A model generated the notes under the pieces. That model was not told the origin of the DNA. It saw only the letters and a program-made list of their open reading frames with translations, and searched no databases. Made by a program: the position numbers and the translations under genes. A DNA stretch of 64,000 nt from a virus: IMG/VR virus record IMGVR_UViG_3300028831_000232, positions 27,244 through 91,243 of that record; one strand, given 5' to 3'. Shown here piece after piece: positions 18,861 to 27,484 of the stretch. Each line of letters begins with the position of its first letter. The first letter of the stretch is position 1.

Positions 18861-19223
18861 TCAGTTCCATCGGGCCTGGGTGGAGCCGTCCACCGGAAAG
18901 GCCGGCTCGCCCCGGTAGGGCCGGCCCCGGCGCTTGGCGTTCCAGAAGCCCTGCCACATCAGCCGGCGCCACTCCTTTTCCGGCCCCGGCTCGACCGGGT
19001 CCATGAGGTCGGCGCGGGCCAGGAGGCCCTGGCGGTCGCCGGCCTCCACCAGCTTGAAGCAGTCGTCGCAGAAGGCCCAGTACCCGTCGTCCTGGTAGCT
19101 GCTCATCCGGGGGTCCGGGGAATTCGGCAGATCGAAGCCGAACGGCTCGATCTCGACCGTCCACATGATGGCCGGCCAGCCCCGGACGTAGCAGGCGTCG
19201 CACTTCACCACCCGGCGGATCAC
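18861..19223 (-). CDS. CxxC...CxxC protein, C-terminal VDGSTQ tag; paralog of 16920-17324
   Basis: CDAC...DDGYWAFCDDC...AGDRQGL. Confidence 0.7.
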   Translation of the reverse strand: MIRRVVKCDACYVRGWPAIMWTVEIEPFGFDLPNSPDPRMSSYQDDGYWAFCDDCFKLVEAGDRQGLLARADLMDPVEPGPEKEWRRLMWQGFWNAKRRGRPYRGEPAFPVDGSTQARWN

Positions 19224-19615
19224 CGCTGCGTCTCCCCGTCGATGGTGGTGATCCGCAGGGCGGGAGCGGTGGCCGGCGCCGGCTCCAGGGCGGCGGCCTC
19301 GGCCACTGTGAGGGTGATCCACTGCCGGGTGGGTTCCTTCCGGCCGGCCAGCTTGAACAGGCCCTCGAAGTGGAGGTGGTCGCCCAGGGTCATCTGGCCG
19401 GACCAGGCCGGATGATCCTCGGCCAGCTCGACACTGCCCGGCAGGCCCTCGGGCCGCGTGCAGAGGACGTGGAAGCCATCGGGATCCAGCCGGCGGATAA
19501 ATTCCCAGCCCGGCATGTGGTCCCGGTCCTGGCCCTCGCTGTCGTCCTCCCGCTTGACCCTCTGGATGTCGGCGGTGGTCGCTACGAGCGCCCCGGCGAT
19601 GGTCACTCCTTGCAT
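19220..19615 (-). CDS. Hypothetical protein, C-terminal IDGETQ tag
   Basis: AGGAG RBS; first gene of leftward unit. Confidence 0.6.
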   Translation of the reverse strand: MQGVTIAGALVATTADIQRVKREDDSEGQDRDHMPGWEFIRRLDPDGFHVLCTRPEGLPGSVELAEDHPAWSGQMTLGDHLHFEGLFKLAGRKEPTRQWITLTVAEAAALEPAPATAPALRITTIDGETQR

Positions 19616-19687
19616 GGCCCGGCTCCTATGTCCCAACGGCGTGGTATTTCTGTCTGGGCGCCAGCATACCGCCTCGCCAGGGTCGCA

Positions 19688-19771
19688 GGGAAGAGTCTTC
19701 CCCGCAAGGCTCGAGCGCTAAAGTCTTGACAGCCATCGTACGATGTGGTCGGTGGGCAGAGGTCTGCCCAC
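19688..19771. promoter_or_regulatory. Divergent control region: dyad site C plus three palindromes
   Basis: GGGAAGA-G-TCTTCCC 19688-19702; GCAAG-N16-CTTGA 19704-19729; TTGACA; CATCGTACGATG 19734-19745; GTGGGCAGA-GG-TCTGCCCAC 19752-19771. Confidence 0.6.
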
Positions 19772-19789
19772 GTTCCCGAGAGGAGACTC

Positions 19790-21247
19790 GTGGTCACGAA
19801 GAAGCAGGCGGCCCAGGACAACTGGCTCGCCATCAACCGAAAGGGCTTCGCCCAGGTGCTGGCCCAGAAGGGCCGTGCCCGCATCCTGGCCGAGCTGGTG
19901 AGCAACGCCCTCGACACCGAGGCCGGTACGGTCACCATCACCTTCAGCCAGTTCAGCGGCCGGGCCGACATCACCGTCGAGGACGACGACCCCCAGGGCT
20001 TCGCCAACCTGGCCGACGCCTACACGCTCTACGCCCCCAGCACCCGCGCCCATGACCCGAAGAAGCGGGGCCGCAACGGCGCAGGCGACAAGGAAGTCCT
20101 CGCCCTGTGCGAGTGGGCGCAGGTCCGCTCCACCACCGGGGCCGTCGAATTCAACGCCGACGGCAGCCGGGTGGTCACCAAGGACACCAGGGTCGCCGGC
20201 TCGCAGTTCTCGGCCAACCTCAAGATGAACCAGGGCGAGGCCAACGAATTCATCCAGCTCATGCACGAGCTGCTGGTGCCGGCCGGCGTGGCCGTCTGGT
20301 TCAACGATGAGGCCATCGTCTCCCGCCAGCCGCTGCGGGAATTCCAGGCCACGCTGGGCACCGTGCTCCGAGACGCCGAGGGCAACATCTCGCCCACCCG
20401 GCGGAAGACCACCATCGGCCTCTACGAGGTGGCCCCTGGCGAGACGGCCCACATCTACGAGCTGGGTCTACCGGTGGTCGAGCACGATTCCCGGTGGCAC
20501 GTCAACATCGAGCAGAAGGTGCCGCTCGGGCGGGACCGCAACAACGTCACGCCGGCCTACCTGAAGGAGCTGCGGGAGCACGTCCTCAACAACAGCTACG
20601 ACCTGCTGACCGAGGAGGACTCGAAGAGCCGCTGGGTGCGCGACGCCTACGAGGGCGCCACCGACGAGGCCGTGGCCGCCGTGGTGAAGAAGACCTACGG
20701 CGACAAGGTGGTCATGGCCGACCCCTCCGACCGGGAGGCCGTGACCCGCTGCCAGGAGGCCGGCTACACCGTCATCCCGAGCCGAAACCCGTTCCCCGCC
20801 GGCTTCGGTGAGCGCCTGCGGGCGGTGGGCGTCCAGCCGGCCGGTCAGGTCATGCCCACCTTCGTCGTCTCCTCCCCGGACGGCAAGCCGCCCATCCCCG
20901 AGGAGCAGTGGACCGACGGCATGCGCCGGGTGGTCGAGTACTCCCGCCGGCTGCACATGGAGCTGTTCGGCATGAAGCTGCGGGTCGCCATCTTCGACAT
21001 CAAGCACCCCGACAAGCGCTGGCTGGCAAAGACGAACGGCCGGGGCAGCCTGGACTTCAACATCGGGCTGCTGGGCAAGAGCTGGTTCGAGAAGCCGGAC
21101 CAGGCCAAGGTGGACACCATCCTCGTCCACGAGTTCGCCCACCGGAAGGCCGAGTTCCACACCGACGAGCGCTTCTACGAGGAGTGCTGCCGGCTGGGTG
21201 CCATCCTGCGGGAGGTCCCCCTGCGGCTGTCGGACGTGGAGATCTGA
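19790..21247 (+). CDS. GHKL (HATPase_c) ATPase fused to C-terminal HExxH zincin
   Basis: ELVSNALD, VEDDDPQGF, KRGRNGAG boxes; ILVHEFAH; GAGGAG RBS before GTG. Confidence 0.75.
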   Translation: MVTKKQAAQDNWLAINRKGFAQVLAQKGRARILAELVSNALDTEAGTVTITFSQFSGRADITVEDDDPQGFANLADAYTLYAPSTRAHDPKKRGRNGAGDKEVLALCEWAQVRSTTGAVEFNADGSRVVTKDTRVAGSQFSANLKMNQGEANEFIQLMHELLVPAGVAVWFNDEAIVSRQPLREFQATLGTVLRDAEGNISPTRRKTTIGLYEVAPGETAHIYELGLPVVEHDSRWHVNIEQKVPLGRDRNNVTPAYLKELREHVLNNSYDLLTEEDSKSRWVRDAYEGATDEAVAAVVKKTYGDKVVMADPSDREAVTRCQEAGYTVIPSRNPFPAGFGERLRAVGVQPAGQVMPTFVVSSPDGKPPIPEEQWTDGMRRVVEYSRRLHMELFGMKLRVAIFDIKHPDKRWLAKTNGRGSLDFNIGLLGKSWFEKPDQAKVDTILVHEFAHRKAEFHTDERFYEECCRLGAILREVPLRLSDVEI

Positions 21248-21945
21248 TGTACCCCGACACCGCTGACGGCCGCCCCCGCGACCGGATCGAAGCGGCGCTG
21301 TGGCTGCACTCCTTCCTCGACATGGAGGAAGGAGTGCCGGCCACCGAGGCCGAGCGGGCCGACATCGAGCGTGTCCGGCCACTGCACGCCCTCCTGGTCA
21401 ACGGCTTCAAGAGTGAGGGCGCCGTCATGGGCTTCTTCGAGGAGCCGGCCGTAGACCTCCTGCAGCACCACGTCGATCAGCTGGGCTTCGTCAAGCAGCC
21501 CACCGAATTGAAGGGACCGGTGTACGTGGTCTTCGCCAAGCCGGTGGTGGTGGCGACAGACGAGACGGAGCCGGTCTACCTCCACGCCTTCGGCTTCTCC
21601 GACGGCGCTGTGAGCCTCCACAGCATGCGGACGGCCACCACGCCTCCGTCCCTCGACTACTTCTACTGGAAGTCGGGAGAGACGCTTGTGGAGGCCGTAG
21701 AACGGGAGCAGCGACCGTGGGCGCCGACGCTGCAGGTGGCGGTGGCGGCCACTGCCGCCTACCTCATGGATCCCCGCCAGGGCCACATGGCCGTCTCCGG
21801 TCGGTTCAGCGCCGCCCAGCTGCAGCCGATGCAGCGCCAGCTCGGCAAGGCCGGCATCAAGACGTTCATCCCGTACAAGGGCCTGGCCTGCCTCACGGCC
21901 AACCCCGTCTTCATCGACGGCCAGACGCAGAGGAGCGGACGATGA
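21247..21945 (+). CDS. Hypothetical protein, C-terminal IDGQTQ tag
   Basis: TGATG-coupled, 232 aa. Confidence 0.65.
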   Translation: MYPDTADGRPRDRIEAALWLHSFLDMEEGVPATEAERADIERVRPLHALLVNGFKSEGAVMGFFEEPAVDLLQHHVDQLGFVKQPTELKGPVYVVFAKPVVVATDETEPVYLHAFGFSDGAVSLHSMRTATTPPSLDYFYWKSGETLVEAVEREQRPWAPTLQVAVAATAAYLMDPRQGHMAVSGRFSAAQLQPMQRQLGKAGIKTFIPYKGLACLTANPVFIDGQTQRSGR

Positions 21946-23180
21946 GCAACTACCGCTACATCCCGATGCAGTTCTACGACTCGCTGGCCGATGCCAAGCG
22001 AACGCTGAAGGAGAACAGCCTCACGGCACTCCAGCTGCAGCTGTCCCTGCTCGAATGGCTGGAACGCCAGGCATCGATCCCGGCCTACCAGAGCTTCATC
22101 ACCACCCACGGCCACCGGCCGGTGGAGGACGACGCCACCCGCCAGATGCTGGGCGAATTCCTCCACCGCCAGGTGCGGGACATGGCCGGCACCGCCTCCA
22201 CCCACTGGATCAACGACGACATGAGCGCCATCGTCAATATGGCCGCCCTCGACATGAAGCCCTCGGGACTGCGCGCCCCGGACCTGCCGACCGACACCGG
22301 CTGGATGGTCTTCGAGCGACCGGTGCCCCTCTTCTTCGGAGGGGCGGGTGGTGATCCCACCGAGGTCCGTATCGCCGCCATCGGGTGGCAGGTGGGCACC
22401 GTACGGCGGGCGCCGCTGTCGGACGCCGCAGACGGCGCTACAGACCCCTCTGCCGGCCAGCTGGTGCCGGGGGTCAGCTACTACCTCTTCCAGACGGCCC
22501 ATGACGCCGCCGTGCTCCAGAACACCATGGCCGAGCGCCGGGGTGACGAGGTGCGGGTGACCGAGGACGAGATCGTCCGCTCCCAGGGGCCGCTGCCCAT
22601 CTTCGACTTCAGCGGGTGGGCGTACGACACGCCCTGGAACACCGTGTCGGTGGTCAACGAGGAGCAGGCCGGCTACAGCGACGAGCAGGGCGCCCAGTAC
22701 TGCCACGCCGTCGTAGACCAGGCCCGCCGGCTGCTGCTGGCCGCCTGGCGGATCTTCCGGCAGAAGAACATCGTCCAGCGGGACGTGACCGCCCAGCCGA
22801 ACCACCAGCTGCGGAAGCGGGCCGCCCGCGTCAGCTTCACGCCCGAGATCAACGACATCGTCATCATCTCCATGCGGACGACGGTCTACCGGGGCCTGCA
22901 GAAGAAGGCCGCCGAGGCCGCCGCCGAAGACGGCGAAGAGGAACCCACCAGCTGGTACCGGTGCAAGTTCTTCGTCCGGGGCCACTGGCACCCGTACTGG
23001 ACCGGTCCCCGCGTCGATGAGCCGTGCGAGCACAACCTCGTGGAGATCCCCGACTCCGACGACCTGCTCTGCACGCTGTGCGGCCGGACGCTGATCGAGA
23101 AGTACGTGCTGCCCTATCCGAAGGGCAACCCCAACGGGCCGCTGCTGCTGCACAAGCACATCCTCTCCCTGGAGCAGTGA
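21942..23180 (+). CDS. Phage hypothetical protein of the VRGHW family
   Basis: FFVRGHWHPYWTGP...YVLPYPKG motif; small Zn-ribbon insert. Confidence 0.7.
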   Translation: MSNYRYIPMQFYDSLADAKRTLKENSLTALQLQLSLLEWLERQASIPAYQSFITTHGHRPVEDDATRQMLGEFLHRQVRDMAGTASTHWINDDMSAIVNMAALDMKPSGLRAPDLPTDTGWMVFERPVPLFFGGAGGDPTEVRIAAIGWQVGTVRRAPLSDAADGATDPSAGQLVPGVSYYLFQTAHDAAVLQNTMAERRGDEVRVTEDEIVRSQGPLPIFDFSGWAYDTPWNTVSVVNEEQAGYSDEQGAQYCHAVVDQARRLLLAAWRIFRQKNIVQRDVTAQPNHQLRKRAARVSFTPEINDIVIISMRTTVYRGLQKKAAEAAAEDGEEEPTSWYRCKFFVRGHWHPYWTGPRVDEPCEHNLVEIPDSDDLLCTLCGRTLIEKYVLPYPKGNPNGPLLLHKHILSLEQ

Positions 23181-23431
23181 TGACAGAGTACGAAGGTCTT
23201 CCCTTCGAGTTCTACGAGGCGCTGATGCCGGCCCTCACCGACGACATGACCAACGAGGACAAGCAGGCGCTCATCCACCGGGTCCTGGCCGACTGGGACA
23301 AGTCCAAGGACGCCCGTTTCCCGCCCGGCGTGGCGGTGACGAGGGAGCTGGCCGAGCTGCGGCTCGTGGCCTTCACCCGCCGCTGGGCACTGGCCCAGGC
23401 GGCCACCGACGGCGAGACGCAGCATGGGTAA
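23180..23431 (+). CDS. Hypothetical protein, C-terminal TDGETQ tag
   Basis: TGATG-coupled, MTEYEGLPFE... Confidence 0.65.
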   Translation: MTEYEGLPFEFYEALMPALTDDMTNEDKQALIHRVLADWDKSKDARFPPGVAVTRELAELRLVAFTRRWALAQAATDGETQHG

Positions 23432-23687
23432 GGCGAGCCGGCGGAAGCGGGAACGGCGCAACGAGCCGTCGCCCTACTGGAACGAGCCGATCAAGGTCAT
23501 CGGTCAGCCGTCCGGTGAGGTCATTGCCGAATTCACCGATCCCGATCTGGCCCGCCGGTTCAGCCAGGAGATCATGAGCGGCGCGACCAAGGAGGAGGTC
23601 ACCGAATTCGTCAGCAAGGCCATCAGTGAAGAGATCGCCCGGCAACAGGCGGCCAAGGCCGTAGATGGGGACACGCAAAATGGATGA
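23424..23687 (+). CDS. Hypothetical protein, C-terminal VDGDTQ tag
   Basis: MGKASRRKRER... Confidence 0.65.
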   Translation: MGKASRRKRERRNEPSPYWNEPIKVIGQPSGEVIAEFTDPDLARRFSQEIMSGATKEEVTEFVSKAISEEIARQQAAKAVDGDTQNG

Positions 23688-24057
23688 CTACGTGGCCCTC
23701 ATCAAGGAAGCACAGAAGGCCGGCGCCGTCGTCCGGCAGGGACGACGCCATCTCAAGATCACCACGCCGGACGGCCGCCTGATCGTGGCGTCGCTCAGCC
23801 CGTCCGACCGCAAAGCCCACCACAACCTCCGGGCCGAGCTGCGCCGGGCGGGACTGTTGCCCCGTAACGGGTTCCAGCCGACCGAGGAGGAGCAGGTGGT
23901 GCTCGACCAGCTGGTCGATGGCGGCCAGCGCATGACCGAGCTGCCGCCGAAACGCCTACTGGACAAGGGACTCGTCCGGGCCAGCAAGCGGTCCAAGGGC
24001 TGGATGGTCTGGCTCACTGAGAAGGGGAAGAGTACGCAGCCCCCACCCGGCGCTTGA
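23680..24057 (+). CDS. HicA-like (dsRBD-fold) domain protein with C-terminal extension
   Basis: EAQKAGAVVRQGRRHLKITTPDG...SPSD...NLRAELRRAG. Confidence 0.55.
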   Translation: MDDYVALIKEAQKAGAVVRQGRRHLKITTPDGRLIVASLSPSDRKAHHNLRAELRRAGLLPRNGFQPTEEEQVVLDQLVDGGQRMTELPPKRLLDKGLVRASKRSKGWMVWLTEKGKSTQPPPGA

Positions 24058-24271
24058 ATTCCCGCAGCAGCTCCAGCGCCGCTTCGCCGGCCATCACCGC
24101 CTCATCGATGTGGGTGATGTCGCGGTCATGCTCGAAGTCATAGAGCGCCCGGCCGATCTGGTAGAGGCACTGCTCGATGTGAGGCGGAAATTGTCCATCC
24201 GGCAATAGCGCAATCCGCTTCGCCAGCGCCGTTGCCTCCACCTTCGTCTGTGCCTTCTTGAGGAAGCCCAT
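24014..24271 (-). CDS. Hypothetical helical protein
   Basis: MGFLKKAQTKVE...; converges on the rightward operon. Confidence 0.6.
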   Translation of the reverse strand: MGFLKKAQTKVEATALAKRIALLPDGQFPPHIEQCLYQIGRALYDFEHDRDITHIDEAVMAGEAALELLREFKRRVGAAYSSPSQ

Positions 24272-24569
24272 TGTCCCAGTCCTTGATGTCACCGACGGCG
24301 GCGTCGAGGTAGCGGACACCAGCGGCTGCGAGCGCCGCCTCCTCGTCGGGCGCCGCTCCCGTCCACACTCCGACCGCCAGTGACCAGTGGCGGCTGATAC
24401 GGATGCCTACGCCGCTGCCGATTCGGCACCGCTCCTCAATTTCCCGCGCCCAGGTCCGGGTGACGAACCTCGGGGGCCACGGCCACCTTTGGAGGTGCCA
24501 GTAGATCGGGAGCCGGCCGCCTTTGATGTCGGGCACGATGCGAGAACCTCGTCTGCTCTTTCCAGCCAC
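24138..24569 (-). CDS. Hypothetical protein
   Basis: 143 aa; 3' end overlaps next gene by 134 nt. Confidence 0.5.
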   Translation of the reverse strand: MAGKSRRGSRIVPDIKGGRLPIYWHLQRWPWPPRFVTRTWAREIEERCRIGSGVGIRISRHWSLAVGVWTGAAPDEEAALAAAGVRYLDAAVGDIKDWDNGLPQEGTDEGGGNGAGEADCAIAGWTISASHRAVPLPDRPGAL

Positions 24570-24604
24570 TCATCAATTTCAGGGTGAGCGTGCATCCCAG
24601 CCTC

Positions 24605-24964
24605 CTACACGTCAGCCGGCCACTCCTCACCATATTCGAAGAACGGGTCGAGCCGGCGGTTGATGAAGCGCCCCGTACTGGCTACGCCTTTGAGGTCCCT
24701 CCACACATTCGGCGGCACGTCGTAATAGCCGTAGACCCGCCCGTTGCGGAACTGAATTCGCAGCGTGCGCTCCTGGGGGTTGTAGCTCACCCGGTGGGAG
24801 CGCGGCCGGGGGGGATTGATCGTGGCCGACGGGTCCTTGACCTTGGTGCCCGCATACGTGAACCGCCCCAGCTCATCGCGGGGCGGTTCCTCGTATTGCT
24901 CCGTCTCGTCGCCGTAGAAATACGGCGGCGACTCGTAGTACTTCGGGCTGACCCGCTTCGGCAT
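24605..24964 (-). CDS. KTSC domain protein
   Basis: VSYNPQERTLRIQFRNG.VYGYYDVPPNVW..L...STGRFIN. Confidence 0.8.
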   Translation of the reverse strand: MPKRVSPKYYESPPYFYGDETEQYEEPPRDELGRFTYAGTKVKDPSATINPPRPRSHRVSYNPQERTLRIQFRNGRVYGYYDVPPNVWRDLKGVASTGRFINRRLDPFFEYGEEWPADV

Positions 24965-25393
24965 TTAGCCGCCGGCTTCCTCGATGGCGGCCAGCATCTC
25001 GTCCTTGGACAGGCTCGTGGTGATGCCCTCGTAGCCGCGGCCCTCGGCGTATTCCTGCAGCTCGGCCTTGGTCATCTCGTCCAGGGTCTTCCCCTCGTAG
25101 TCCTCGGTGGCCTCGGGGTGGTCGGCCGGCGTCGGCGCCTCCATGCCGGCATAGCCGGTGAGGTGGGGCGACTCGGCATCGATCTCCCGGTTCAGCGCAA
25201 TGCCGCCGGGCGGGTCCACCGCCGCCTTGTCGTCGGTGAGGTAGTTCTCCTCGATGATCCGGCGCGGCTCCTCGGGCATGTCCTCGGGCAGCTGGTCCGG
25301 GTGGTAGCGCTGCGGGTCGGTCTGCCCTGGCGGTTCCGGCATCGTCTCGTCCTGGGCTGACCATTCGGTCAGGTGATCGGCATTGGCTTCCAT
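24965..25393 (-). CDS. Acidic protein with C-terminal HeH/Rho-N-like domain
   Basis: LDEMTKAELQEYA...LSKDEMLAAIE. Confidence 0.6.
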   Translation of the reverse strand: MEANADHLTEWSAQDETMPEPPGQTDPQRYHPDQLPEDMPEEPRRIIEENYLTDDKAAVDPPGGIALNREIDAESPHLTGYAGMEAPTPADHPEATEDYEGKTLDEMTKAELQEYAEGRGYEGITTSLSKDEMLAAIEEAGG

Positions 25394-25426
25394 CGGGCCT
25401 CCTGGGTGAAAGAGTTGGCGGGGATG

Positions 25427-25759
25427 TTACTCCGAGACAATTTCTGCGTCCTCTACCCCGTCCGGCAGGGGGGCACCCTCCATAGTCGGCGGTGGCGTCG
25501 GAGTGGCAGCGGCCGGGTCGGCCGAGAACACCCGAATGATGAGGCCGGCGGCGTAATGCTCGCCCCGCATCCCGTCGAGCAGCTCCCCGACGACGGTGGG
25601 CACGTCGGCCGCCTTGATCGTATTGGTGGTGATCTCCTTGCCGCCCACCGTCACGCTCAACAGCACATAGCCGTCGAGCCGGAATCCCTCGTTGACACCT
25701 TCGACAAAAGCTGCCCCCAGGCCGGCATCCTTGACCGTGGCCTTGTTCTCACGCCGCAT
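25427..25759 (-). CDS. Hypothetical protein
   Basis: 110 aa ORF in operon. Confidence 0.55.
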   Translation of the reverse strand: MRRENKATVKDAGLGAAFVEGVNEGFRLDGYVLLSVTVGGKEITTNTIKAADVPTVVGELLDGMRGEHYAAGLIIRVFSADPAAATPTPPPTMEGAPLPDGVEDAEIVSE

Positions 25760-26021
25760 TGATCGGCTCCAGCGGGTCACCGGGGTCGGTATCGAGATGC
25801 TTCACCGGCCAGGGCTTCGGATAAATGAGATCGGCGCAGCTGTCGCAGTAGTAGTCCACGTTGGCGCCGGGGTTGGTCGTCTGCTGGGTGGCCGGCTGGC
25901 CGCAATTGGAGCAAGGGGCGGCGGCCCCTTGCTCCTCGGCCGTCTCGGGGGCCGGGGCCACTGTCTCCTCGGCCGGCGCCGGGGCCTCTTCGGTGGGTGT
26001 GGTGGTCTTCCTGGCCGGCAT
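25749..26021 (-). CDS. Small Zn-finger protein
   Basis: CSNCG...YCDSC; AAGGAG RBS. Confidence 0.6.
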   Translation of the reverse strand: MPARKTTTPTEEAPAPAEETVAPAPETAEEQGAAAPCSNCGQPATQQTTNPGANVDYYCDSCADLIYPKPWPVKHLDTDPGDPLEPINAA

Positions 26022-26078
26022 GGCCCCTCCTTGGCTTCCAGAGGCCCCTGGAGGGCCTTCTCCCGCCCTCCAACCTAC

Positions 26079-26360
26079 TCAGCCGTACATGTGCCCGTAG
26101 CGGTAGGGCGGCTCGAAATCGATGGGGTGGGCCGGTACCCGGCGGGTGTCCAACTCGACGGCCAGCGCCCGCAGCTCGCCGTACATCGCCCCGCCGCCCA
26201 TGTAGGCCGCCCAGACGACCTCGGTGTAGATGTTGGCGGCCGTGTCGGGGTCCCCCAAAGCGAGCGCCCGGCGGGCCTCGATGATGCGAGGCCCCCACCG
26301 GGCGTCGTCCACGGCTATGGCCGCCGCATCCAGGGCGGCGATCAGCTCGGCGTCGGTCAC
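26079..26360 (-). CDS. Hypothetical protein
   Basis: 93 aa, GTGA coupled. Confidence 0.55.
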   Translation of the reverse strand: MTDAELIAALDAAAIAVDDARWGPRIIEARRALALGDPDTAANIYTEVVWAAYMGGGAMYGELRALAVELDTRRVPAHPIDFEPPYRYGHMYG

Positions 26361-26878
26361 ATGTTGAGCATCTCACGCAGCTTGGCGATCTGGGCCGATG
26401 CCTCGTTCTTGGCGGCGGCGTCGCGCTGGGCCTGCTCCAACTGGCGGTGGGCGGCGCTGATCTCCAACTGCTTCTGATCCAGCTCGGCCCGGAGCTTCGT
26501 GATGATCTTCTGGTCGTCCTCGTGCGCCTTCTGCAGCTGGGCGTTCTCGGCCACCACGATGTCCAGCTCCTGTGTCAGGCGCTCGTTGTCGGCCTTGAGC
26601 TTGCCCACGGCGTTGATGATGCCCTCGATGATGTCGCCGCTGGCCGGCTGGTGGCCGTTGGCGCTCGGCGTCAGCCAGATGGCGTAGGTGCCGGTGCGGT
26701 CGGCCTGGCGCTCGATGATGCCGGCCTTCGCCATGGCGGTGAGCGTGGAGGACACCGTGGCCGTACTGGCCCCCGTCTTGGCGGCGATGGTCTGGGCCAG
26801 CCGGCCATTCTGATCGGTCAGCCGGCCCTTCTCCAGCAGCTTGGTGATCTTGGCCCGGACGCTCGACTGTGCTGGCAT
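26357..26878 (-). CDS. Winged-helix (MarR-like) DNA-binding protein with coiled coil
   Basis: IAAKTGASTATVSSTLTAMAKAGIIER; long heptad C-terminus. Confidence 0.7.
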   Translation of the reverse strand: MPAQSSVRAKITKLLEKGRLTDQNGRLAQTIAAKTGASTATVSSTLTAMAKAGIIERQADRTGTYAIWLTPSANGHQPASGDIIEGIINAVGKLKADNERLTQELDIVVAENAQLQKAHEDDQKIITKLRAELDQKQLEISAAHRQLEQAQRDAAAKNEASAQIAKLREMLNM

Positions 26879-26888
26879 GGCATGCTCC

Positions 26889-26922
26889 TAATGCAAGGTC
26901 GCAGAGTGTGACCCTTGCATTA
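26889..26922. promoter_or_regulatory. Dyad site D (GCAAG-N16-CTTGC within a 10-bp inverted repeat)
   Basis: TAATGCAAGG...CCTTGCATTA; lies between an extended -10-like TGGCATAAT and the RBS of the wHTH gene. Confidence 0.65.
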
Positions 26923-26939
26923 TGCCATGAGGGGTGCTA

Positions 26940-27143
26940 TCAGCAGCCCGGCCCCCGGACAATTCGGTAGATGCGCCGCCGGCTCTTGATCTGGTTGGTC
27001 ATCTCGTAGACGACCTTCCGGCCGGCGACGGTCGGATCGGGCAGGAGCAGCCGGCGCCAGTCCTCGCCCTCCTGCTCGGCACCGACCTGATCGATGTCCA
27101 CGTCCTGGCCGTCATGCGGCCCGCCCCAGAGTCTCGCCTTCAC
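26940..27143 (-). CDS. Hypothetical protein
   Basis: VKARLWGGPHDGQ...; GTGA coupled. Confidence 0.6.
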   Translation of the reverse strand: MKARLWGGPHDGQDVDIDQVGAEQEGEDWRRLLLPDPTVAGRKVVYEMTNQIKSRRRIYRIVRGPGC

Positions 27144-27484
27144 AGCTGGGCGCGCACCTTCCGGTAGAACTCGGTGGACTCGGCCTCGGCCAGCACCTCG
27201 GTGGCCGTCGCCGGCATGAACTGGCAGTGGCAGCGGTCGCAGTACTCGGGCTGGCCCTCGCTGTGGTTGAGCACGCTGCGGATCAGGTCCCATACGTCGT
27301 TGAGCCGGCGGTGGAGCACGCCCCCGCCGCCGGCCACGCCACGCCCGGTGTTGCCCCGGTAGCGGAAGCGGTAGGGGTACTCGCCGTACTCGTCGTTGGG
27401 CCGCAGCTTCTCCTCCCGCAGGATCTCCATCCAGGCGATCAGGTCGCCACCCCTGCTCGTCTTGACCTCGACGTAGATGCCCAT
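27140..27484 (-). CDS. Hypothetical protein
   Basis: 114 aa; CDRC. Confidence 0.6.
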   Translation of the reverse strand: MGIYVEVKTSRGGDLIAWMEILREEKLRPNDEYGEYPYRFRYRGNTGRGVAGGGGVLHRRLNDVWDLIRSVLNHSEGQPEYCDRCHCQFMPATATEVLAEAESTEFYRKVRAQL

